Assembly: GCA_964497265.1 (NCBI GenBank)
Contig: CAZCCK010000003.1
Span: 2,972-66,971, forward strand
Direction: 5' to 3'
DNA from: Candidatus Woesearchaeota archaeon
Lineage (GTDB): Archaea > Nanobdellota > Nanobdellia > SCGC-AAA011-G17 > GW2011-AR18
DNA: 64,000 nucleotides
This document shows, piece by piece, positions 29,680 to 36,655 of the stretch (its first letter is position 1; each line of letters opens with the position of its first letter). Below the pieces are notes generated by a model. It made no database searches, was not told the DNA's origin, and saw nothing but the letters and a program-made list of their open reading frames with translations. A program made the translations under genes and the position numbers.

Positions 29680-30827
29680 TTTGGACTGAAAAGTATAAGC
29701 CACAGAGCGTACAAGATATTCCGCAGCCAGAGATAGTTGCTGCTTTTTTAGAGGCTGTGAAAAAGAAAAAGCCGGTTTTACTTCTTGGTCCTTCAGGAGT
29801 AGGGAAGACTTCTTTGGTGTATGCGTTAGCCAAAGAACAGGATCTTGAGATTCTAGAGTTGAATGCTTCGGATTTTCGCGATAAAGCTTCTATTGAGAGT
29901 ATTGCTGGTGCTTCTTCTAAGCAAGCGAGTTTATTTCAGAAGCAAAAGATTTTGCTTATTGACGAGCTAGATGGAATTTCTGGTCAAGAAGATCGTGGTG
30001 GTATTGGTGCGATAGTAAAGGTGGTAGAGGAAACGAGGATTCCTATTGTTTTAATTGCGAATAATGGGTATGATGCAAAGTTCAATGATTTAAGAAAAAA
30101 ATGTGTGGTGTTAGAGTGTGAGCGGGTTTCGATTAAGCCTTTAGCGAGTATCTTGCAGGATATTTGTGTTAAAGAAGGGATAGAGCCAGAAAGAGAGAAA
30201 CTGTTTTCTTTGGCGGCTAAATCCAACGGGGATGTGAGGGCTTCGATTAATGATTTGCAAACGTGTATTGATGAAAAGAGGATTGATATTTCTGCTTTAG
30301 AGACGCGCGATCAAGAGGAGACTGTTTTTAATGTGTTAAAGATTATTTTCAAAACGTCAGAGGCTTCTGTTGCTTTGGGTAGTATGGATAATGTTGATTT
30401 TGATCTTGATGAGGGGTTAATGTTTTTGGATGAGAATCTTCCTTTAGAGTATAAAGAAGCGCTTGATTTGCAGAGGGCATATGAATGTTTAGCCAAAGCT
30501 GATCTTTTTCGAGGTAGAATTATAAGGCAGCAATATTGGCGTTTACTTGTTTATCAAAATTGTTTTATGACCGCTGGCGTTTCCTGCGCAAAGGAAAAAA
30601 TGTATCCAGGTTTTATTTCTTATAAAAGATCTATGCGGCCTTTAAGGATTTGGCAAGCGAATATGCGTTTGCAAAAACCTAAAGCGATGAGTGAGAAGTT
30701 TGCGTTATTTACTCATCAGTCTAAGAAGAAGTCGCTACAGAGATTTAAATCGTATAAACCAATGCTTATTTCATTACAGGAAGAGTTAGAGTTAAGTGAA
30801 GAGGAAGTTGAATATTTAAGAAAGTAA
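29676..30827 (+). CDS. rfcL: Replication factor C large subunit
   Basis: WTEKYKPQSV, Walker A GPSGVGKTS and LLIDELDGI. It overlaps rfcS by 4 nt. Confidence 0.85.
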   Translation: MIWTEKYKPQSVQDIPQPEIVAAFLEAVKKKKPVLLLGPSGVGKTSLVYALAKEQDLEILELNASDFRDKASIESIAGASSKQASLFQKQKILLIDELDGISGQEDRGGIGAIVKVVEETRIPIVLIANNGYDAKFNDLRKKCVVLECERVSIKPLASILQDICVKEGIEPEREKLFSLAAKSNGDVRASINDLQTCIDEKRIDISALETRDQEETVFNVLKIIFKTSEASVALGSMDNVDFDLDEGLMFLDENLPLEYKEALDLQRAYECLAKADLFRGRIIRQQYWRLLVYQNCFMTAGVSCAKEKMYPGFISYKRSMRPLRIWQANMRLQKPKAMSEKFALFTHQSKKKSLQRFKSYKPMLISLQEELELSEEEVEYLRK

Positions 30828-30861
30828 ATCTTTATAAAGAAGGACAAGTGCGTGAAAGAAA

Positions 30862-31146
30862 ATGCTGATTAAGGATTTGCAGCCAAAGCAAGGAAAGGTA
30901 GAGATTGAAGCTGAGGTTATCGAAGTAAGTCCCCCAAGAAGTTTTAATAAATTTGGTAAAGAGGGAAAAGTTGCAAATGCTAAGATTAAAGATGCTTCAG
31001 GTACAATTACACTAACTTTATGGAATGAAGAGATCGACAAAGTAAAAGTTGGTTCTAAAATAAAAATTGTGAATGGATATGTAAGCGAGTGGCAAGGTGA
31101 AAAGCAGTTAAGCGCTGGTCGTTTTGGTCAGATTGAAGTTTTATAA
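30862..31146 (+). CDS. Single-OB-fold ssDNA-binding protein (short RPA/SSB-like)
   Basis: IKDLQPKQGKVEIEAEVIEVSPPRSFNKFGKEGKVANAKIKDASGTITLTLWNE follows the classic RPA OB pattern. Confidence 0.7.
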   Translation: MLIKDLQPKQGKVEIEAEVIEVSPPRSFNKFGKEGKVANAKIKDASGTITLTLWNEEIDKVKVGSKIKIVNGYVSEWQGEKQLSAGRFGQIEVL

Positions 31147-31189
31147 TAAAAAAAGATAGATTAATAAACTTTCTAGAAAAAGAACATAT

Positions 31190-31297
31190 ATGGATCCACA
31201 ATTACTACTTTTCGCGCGAATTTTAGGGATAATCTTATGGACAGCTTTAATTATTTACTTATTAGTTAAGTGGTATCGAAGAAAGAAACAAAAAAAA
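31190..31297 (+). CDS. Possible 35-aa single-TM micro-protein (MDPQLLLFARILGIILWTALIIYLLVKWYRRKKQKK)
   Basis: Found by eye in the convergent gap; it is below the ORF track cutoff. Hydrophobic core plus a basic tail, with a TATA-like attaataaac about 20 nt upstream. Confidence 0.25.
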
Positions 31298-31312
31298 TAA
31301 AATATTCTAATT

Positions 31313-32173
31313 TTAAGAAGGAGTTATTTCTTTTAAAGTAATTCTGAAGGTTAAGGATTTTCCTGCGAGTTCAGGATTAAGATTAATGTCGTAGGTAGTA
31401 TCTGTGATTGCGCTTACACTGCCCGGAAGAGTTCTTCCTTGGATTGGAAAAGAGACTTTATCTCCGATCTTAGGCTCTTGAATAAGGATTAATGATTCAT
31501 TGTCTATCTCTTTAACGCTGGATTGCCAGCTCATTCCTGGAATGGTGACAGTATCTCCTTTTTGGGCTAGGACTTCTAAAGTAACAGAAGTATCGTTAAA
31601 AGAGATGATTTTGAGTTTCCAAGGAAGATGAGGATTTTCTACGGTTTCTCCTTCTTTTGGATTTTTTAAAAAAGCGGTTTTATAATCCTTAAGGGGAATA
31701 TCCGAAGTTAAAGGAATGCGAATTTCTTTTTTTAATCCTCTTAAAAAAAGTTCTTCTTTTTCTGCCCCATATGCTTTTTCTGGAGGAAGTGTGACTGTTT
31801 TTGTTTCTCCAACTTTCATTCCTAGGATTGCTTCTTCGAATCCAGGGACAACTTGTTTCGCTCCGAGAGTAAAGGTAAAGGGTTCGTAAGTTCTCTGAGG
31901 GTTGTAAACGTTTGCTTTTTGTGCTTCTTCAGAGAGGGTGGTGTCAAAAACTTTTCCGTTGTCAAGGGTTCCTAAGTAATCTACTTTGACAGTGTCTCCC
32001 ATCTTTGCGCTAGGAGTATGAAAGTAAGTCCTGTAAAGGAGTACACCTAGAACGAGTATAAGAAGGGCTATGAGCAAAAATCGGATGTTTTTCTTTAAAG
32101 TATTTTGAAAAGAAGAGGTATGATGAGTTTCTGGTTGTGAAGGAGGATGAGTTGGTTCCATTAGACTTTTCAA
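31313..32173 (-). CDS. Membrane-anchored FKBP-type peptidyl-prolyl isomerase with a C-terminal beta-rich domain
   Basis: FKBP core GDTVKVDYLGTLDNGKVFDTT...PFTFTLGAKQVVPGFEEAILGMKVGE, and an N-terminal TM. The ORF track starts at TTG 32173; the first ATG is at 32161. Confidence 0.7.
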   Translation of the reverse strand: MKSLMEPTHPPSQPETHHTSSFQNTLKKNIRFLLIALLILVLGVLLYRTYFHTPSAKMGDTVKVDYLGTLDNGKVFDTTLSEEAQKANVYNPQRTYEPFTFTLGAKQVVPGFEEAILGMKVGETKTVTLPPEKAYGAEKEELFLRGLKKEIRIPLTSDIPLKDYKTAFLKNPKEGETVENPHLPWKLKIISFNDTSVTLEVLAQKGDTVTIPGMSWQSSVKEIDNESLILIQEPKIGDKVSFPIQGRTLPGSVSAITDTTYDINLNPELAGKSLTFRITLKEITPS

Positions 32174-32208
32174 AAAGTTTAAATGCTTAATAAATATTTG
32201 TATACTTT

Positions 32209-33531
32209 ATGTATGAGGTGGTTATTGGTCGTTCTGAGGCGGATCGTCGTGATCTTGGATTAAGAGGGACGATTTTTTTAGGTAAGTTGTATGTGAAGAT
32301 GGGAGCTACTACTTCTTTGTCGAATAAAGTGTATTTAGATGTCGCTCGTGCGCATGTAATTTTGATTGCGGGCAAAAGAGGATCTGGAAAATCCTATTCG
32401 CTTGCAACGATCGCAGAAGAAATCGCAAATCTCGAGGATGAAATCAAAAACCGTTTAGCTGTTCTTATTATGGATACGATGGGTATTTTTTGGACGATGA
32501 AATATAAGAATGAGAAAGAAGAGGATTTGTTGCGTGAGTGGGATCTGCCCCAGAAAGGATTAGACGTAAAAATTTATACTCCAAAAGGAAAATTTGACGA
32601 GTATAAAGAGAAAGGAATTCCTACTGATTTTCCGTTTACGATTAAGCCAGCCGAGTTAAGTGCTGAGGATTGGGCTTCATTATTTGGAGTGAGTTTGTTA
32701 GATCCTGTCGGAGTGTTGATTGAGCGGAGTGTTGAAAAAGCCAGAGATGCTTTTGAGAATGATTTTGAGATTGAGGATGTGATTGAGGTTATAAAGAACG
32801 ATGAGCGTTCAACAAGTGAAGTAAAGAATGCTTTGGAAAATCGGTTTTTAGCAGCCAGGGATTGGGGCATTTTTAGTAGAGATGCTACTCCATTAAAAGA
32901 GATTATTGCTGGTGGAAAAGTTTCTGTGTTAGATATTTCTGTGTATACGGAGTGGACGATTAAAACGTTAGTGGTAGGAATTGTATGTAAAAAGCTTTTG
33001 AATGAGAGGATGACTGCGCGTAAGGTTGAGGAAGTGGAGGATATTGAGCGAGGTCACAGTTATTTTAGAACGAGTTTAGAGGAAGAGGAAAATAAGTTAC
33101 CGATCGTTTGGATTTGTGTGGATGAATTTCACGAGTTTATGTCTGTAGAGAAAAAAACGTTAGCGACAGATGCGTTGACAGCGATTTTAAGAGAAGGTCG
33201 TCAGCCAGGAATTTGTTTGGTGATGGCTACTCAGCAGCCCGGTCAGTTGCATAATGATGTTTTAACACAGACAGATTTAGTGATTTGTCATAGGATTACT
33301 GCAAGAAAAGATCTTGAAGCTTTGAATTCTATGATGCAATCGTATACGACGGGAGATATTGAGAAGTATGTGAATAATTTACCAAACAATCGTGGTGCTG
33401 CGGTTATTTTGGATGATAATTCTGAAAAGTTGTATCCTGTTCAGGTTCGTCCTCGTTTTACTTGGCATGGTGGTGAGTCTCCTACTGCGTTGAAATCAAA
33501 AGGAAAAGCTGCGGTAGAGTTAGGATTGTAA
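32209..33531 (+). CDS. HerA/FtsK-superfamily ATPase (DUF87-like), apparently without an N-terminal HAS-barrel partner
   Basis: Walker A GKRGSGKS, Walker B ICVDEFHEF, and a MATQQPGQL region. No NurA-like partner is nearby. Confidence 0.55.
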   Translation: MYEVVIGRSEADRRDLGLRGTIFLGKLYVKMGATTSLSNKVYLDVARAHVILIAGKRGSGKSYSLATIAEEIANLEDEIKNRLAVLIMDTMGIFWTMKYKNEKEEDLLREWDLPQKGLDVKIYTPKGKFDEYKEKGIPTDFPFTIKPAELSAEDWASLFGVSLLDPVGVLIERSVEKARDAFENDFEIEDVIEVIKNDERSTSEVKNALENRFLAARDWGIFSRDATPLKEIIAGGKVSVLDISVYTEWTIKTLVVGIVCKKLLNERMTARKVEEVEDIERGHSYFRTSLEEEENKLPIVWICVDEFHEFMSVEKKTLATDALTAILREGRQPGICLVMATQQPGQLHNDVLTQTDLVICHRITARKDLEALNSMMQSYTTGDIEKYVNNLPNNRGAAVILDDNSEKLYPVQVRPRFTWHGGESPTALKSKGKAAVELGL

Positions 33532-34452
33532 TCTATCTGTTAAACTTAGTCTTCCTTTATCTGTGAATTCGAGGTTTCCTTCATTTGTGTGAATTTCATC
33601 TTGTTGATTTATAAGGGTTAATCTTCCTTTGTGCGTCTCCGGAGCTACCCCGACAAAACGGCCATAACTAACGAGATCAATGACGCTGAGGAGGCCGAGA
33701 ATAGTATCAAAGACACAAAGCAAACGGCCATGAGGCTGGTCAGAATCTACTAAATCGAATTGATGTCGATTAGACCATTCATCTTTCTCAAAAAGGTCTT
33801 TAGATTTTTTGAGAAGTTCATTCAGTTGTTCTTCTCCACCCGCACGAGCAATAGCTAATTTATTTTTTCTTTGTATAGAATTTTTTTGGTATGCTGAGTT
33901 TATTTTTTTTGCTTCGTCAAAATCCAAGATGATCCCATAAGTTCTTGTTTGAGGTTTAGTTTTTATAAATTCAGAATAAGGGAAAAGAGGTATTTCTGTT
34001 CCATCCAAAAGTTTTCCACTTAAAAGAGTTTTAGCTTCTTTAAAAGTAAATAAAACAGAGCTGTAATCAAAAAGAGTTTCAGAAAAAGCTTGCTCAATAC
34101 GTTCGGGGTGATTTGCAAGAAGTCCGTTTCCGTGAGATATTAAGACAACTTTATTTCCTTGAGGGGTTATTAAAACACTTTCTTCACTATTTGCAGCGTA
34201 CCATTTTTTCCAGATATTGTCTGTGAAGGGGGCAAGTGTTTTTCCTCTAATGATGTCCGGTAAGGAGGCAACGTATCCTCCAGAAGTTGCGTAAGTTTGT
34301 GCTTGTCTTAAAGAATCCGAAACATTAAAATCATAAAAGATTTTTCCGCGTATTTCTCGGTCTTGTTTTCTTCCAGTTAGTTTTCTAAGTAAAGAAGTAT
34401 CGGGAATGATGTCTATTAAAGCTGTTTCATCAGAGGTATTTTCAGGGATCAT
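33520..34452 (-). CDS. Hypothetical protein (310 aa), last gene of a three-gene minus-strand operon
   Basis: ORF track entry. It overlaps the preceding gene by 4 nt and its 3' end overlaps the convergent HerA-like gene by 12 nt. Confidence 0.45.
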   Translation of the reverse strand: MIPENTSDETALIDIIPDTSLLRKLTGRKQDREIRGKIFYDFNVSDSLRQAQTYATSGGYVASLPDIIRGKTLAPFTDNIWKKWYAANSEESVLITPQGNKVVLISHGNGLLANHPERIEQAFSETLFDYSSVLFTFKEAKTLLSGKLLDGTEIPLFPYSEFIKTKPQTRTYGIILDFDEAKKINSAYQKNSIQRKNKLAIARAGGEEQLNELLKKSKDLFEKDEWSNRHQFDLVDSDQPHGRLLCVFDTILGLLSVIDLVSYGRFVGVAPETHKGRLTLINQQDEIHTNEGNLEFTDKGRLSLTDRLQS

Positions 34453-34874
34453 GGTTTTCTAGTTGTTGCAATGTAATCTAACTGAGAATAGAGTTCTTTG
34501 AGTGCTTCTTGATAATCATTTGTTACAAGATGGGGAGAAGGGACTTTAGGAACTTCATAAATCGGTTTAGTGAAATCTAAAGTAGGATTATCTTTAATCC
34601 ATTCTTGTTTTTCTTTGTCCCACCCTGTAAGTGTAGCTGGATCTGAAAAAAAGTAAAGATAAGATACGCCCGTAGAGTGTGTTTTTCCAATTTCATACCA
34701 AATAGACCATTCAGTATAATCTCCTTGATCTGAAGGGAATGCACGAGGATTGACTCTTAAAGGAAGGTAGTTAGGTTGTAAAAATGATAAAAGTGGATGT
34801 GTAAACGCAGGATCTTTATTGCACTGTTCGATCTTTTGTTCAAGGTCTTGGGTTATCTTTTTGATATCTGTCAT
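34449..34874 (-). CDS. Hypothetical protein (141 aa)
   Basis: ORF track entry; the ATG is at 34874. Confidence 0.45.
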   Translation of the reverse strand: MTDIKKITQDLEQKIEQCNKDPAFTHPLLSFLQPNYLPLRVNPRAFPSDQGDYTEWSIWYEIGKTHSTGVSYLYFFSDPATLTGWDKEKQEWIKDNPTLDFTKPIYEVPKVPSPHLVTNDYQEALKELYSQLDYIATTRKP

Positions 34875-34884
34875 GGTGAGTATA

Positions 34885-34958
34885 AATTACGCTCAGAAGC
34901 TACTTCCATCCGTCACTTCCCGAAGGATCCGCGGGTGTTCACCTCATCATTGCGTGGA
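34885..34958 (-). ncRNA. Candidate C/D box sRNA (2'-O-methylation guide) between two genes of the operon
   Basis: Minus-strand read: ACGC A AUGAUGA (C box) GGUGAACACCCG (12 nt) CGGA UCCUUCGGGAAG UGACGGA (degenerate D'/C' around a UUCG hairpin) UGGAAGUAGCUU (12 nt) CUGA (D box) GCGU. A 4-bp terminal stem ACGC/GCGU is present. This is a local GC-rich island (about 55 percent) in a genome near 33 percent GC. Confidence 0.5.
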
Positions 34959-34961
34959 TAA

Positions 34962-35564
34962 TTATTTTTTTAAGTTTCTAAGTTTTGCTTCAAGTTCTTC
35001 TATTTCTCGAGTGATTTCTGTTTCAGTTTCAGGTTGTTTTAAAGGCTTTCCTTGATTAAGATATGCTTTGAATTTCTCTGCAGCATCTGAAGGAATTTCA
35101 TGACCTGCCCCAATAATTCTACCTGTTGAGTCTTGAGGAAAGTAAATTTGTTGTTGTCTTTTTCCTCCTTGAGGTCCGTAAGTAGAGACAACCGGAATTT
35201 GTTCATTTCCAATAGCGTAAGAATCTGCTTTGATGCCATTTACTGCTCCTTCTACTTTGTCTACAAGAACAGGTTGTATTCCCATATCAATCGGCCATTG
35301 GACATAAGGTTCATGGAATTGAATTGGTGATTGAAAGCCGTTCCAATAGCGAATGGGACTTTGAAGATCATGATTTTTAGTAACAGCCAAGTAAAGTACA
35401 GCTGCACCTAAACCTGGAATGATTAGTCTACGAGGATGAGTAAAAAATCCAACAATTCCATCTAGTCCATTGGCAATAGCTCTTCCCCATTGAAAGGGTT
35501 GAGGAGGTACTGGTGGATTAGCTCCTGGAGCTGCTGGGTTTGGTGCAGGATTAGGATTGACCAT
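34962..35564 (-). CDS. Hypothetical protein with a Pro-rich N-terminus, one hydrophobic helix and a C-terminal coiled coil
   Basis: MVNPNPAPNPAAPGANPPVPPQP..., LIIPGLGAAVLYLAV, and a C-terminal EITREIEELEAKLRNLKK. Confidence 0.45.
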   Translation of the reverse strand: MVNPNPAPNPAAPGANPPVPPQPFQWGRAIANGLDGIVGFFTHPRRLIIPGLGAAVLYLAVTKNHDLQSPIRYWNGFQSPIQFHEPYVQWPIDMGIQPVLVDKVEGAVNGIKADSYAIGNEQIPVVSTYGPQGGKRQQQIYFPQDSTGRIIGAGHEIPSDAAEKFKAYLNQGKPLKQPETETEITREIEELEAKLRNLKK

Positions 35565-35616
35565 TTTTAGCTACTATTTAGGGGTAACAGATATATTTAA
35601 ACCTTTCGTTTGGCCT

Positions 35617-36603
35617 TTATAGCCTGAAATCTACGCATATACGATAGGTTCTGGGTTTGACTTGTCCGCAAGTAAATACCCCTAAAAAGGTGACTTTCCC
35701 AAAGTAATCGACAACCTTCTTTTTAGCAACATCGAAAGAGTCTTCAGAAGCAATGGCGTAATAATGAACAACTGTGCCTTTCTTACTTAAAGACGGGATA
35801 AGAGAGAAAAATTGGTCAGCATCTTGAGGCAAAGGCATTAAAATTCTATCAAAAGTTTTGCCAAAGTGTGAAGCTACCTCTCGTGCGTCTCCACAGTAAA
35901 GAAAGACGTTAGAGGCTTTGTTTAAAAGAATGTTTTTTTCAGCGTAAGCATGTGCGTCTGGATTGATTTCAACACCATAAATTTCGCAAGCTTTACTCTG
36001 TTTAGAAAAAACAAGGGGATAGGCGCCGATACCTGAAAATAAAACCAATATTTTTTCGCCTTTTTTGATGAGTTTACTAATTCTTAATCGTTCTGTGCTT
36101 AAGCGTGGAGAAAAGTAAGTGTTGCGTATGTCTAAAAAGAATTTTACTCCACTTTCTGTGTGGATTGTTTCAAAGGTTTTTTCTCCTGCTAAATATTCAT
36201 AATCTTGAATGCGATAAATTCCTTGATGTTCTCCTTTTTTTCTTACAACGGTTTTGAACGCTTTATTTGCGGAAAGTAAAGTTTCTGCAATTAATTTCTC
36301 TTTAGATCTTAAAGTTTCGTCTATTTCTAAAATAGCGATTGTTCCAATAATATCTAAAGACCTCTTAATTTTATTTAACTCTTCTTCACTTAATTTTCCT
36401 TGTAAAGAGTGTTTTAAATTGCCTTTCCTACTCACTTTTTCAAATTCTTCTTCAATTAAAGTACCTTTAACTTCTTTTAACAAAGGAAAGTAAACAAATT
36501 TTTGATCGCTTTTAACTTTGTAATCTGTGTCTAAAGCTTTTTCAGAGAGTAATTTTTTTCTAAGTGCTTCTGCGTCTTTGTGTTTTGCCTTTATAGCCTT
36601 CAT
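35617..36603 (-). CDS. trm5: tRNA (m1G37) methyltransferase Trm5/Taw-like class I SAM methyltransferase
   Basis: Met-10+ like domain: ILVLFSGIGAYPLVFS (SAM motif I) and LMPLPQ (NPPY-like region). Confidence 0.6.
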   Translation of the reverse strand: MKAIKAKHKDAEALRKKLLSEKALDTDYKVKSDQKFVYFPLLKEVKGTLIEEEFEKVSRKGNLKHSLQGKLSEEELNKIKRSLDIIGTIAILEIDETLRSKEKLIAETLLSANKAFKTVVRKKGEHQGIYRIQDYEYLAGEKTFETIHTESGVKFFLDIRNTYFSPRLSTERLRISKLIKKGEKILVLFSGIGAYPLVFSKQSKACEIYGVEINPDAHAYAEKNILLNKASNVFLYCGDAREVASHFGKTFDRILMPLPQDADQFFSLIPSLSKKGTVVHYYAIASEDSFDVAKKKVVDYFGKVTFLGVFTCGQVKPRTYRICVDFRL

Positions 36604-36655
36604 AGGAAAGGTTTAGAAGGAAAGGTTTATATAACTATTTCGTTGAATTTCACTA

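Noticed and set aside
34875-34961. GC-rich island tested as a tRNA
   Set aside because: No T-loop GTTCRANYC motif, acceptor stem or cloverleaf on either strand. It does fit C/D box sRNA features
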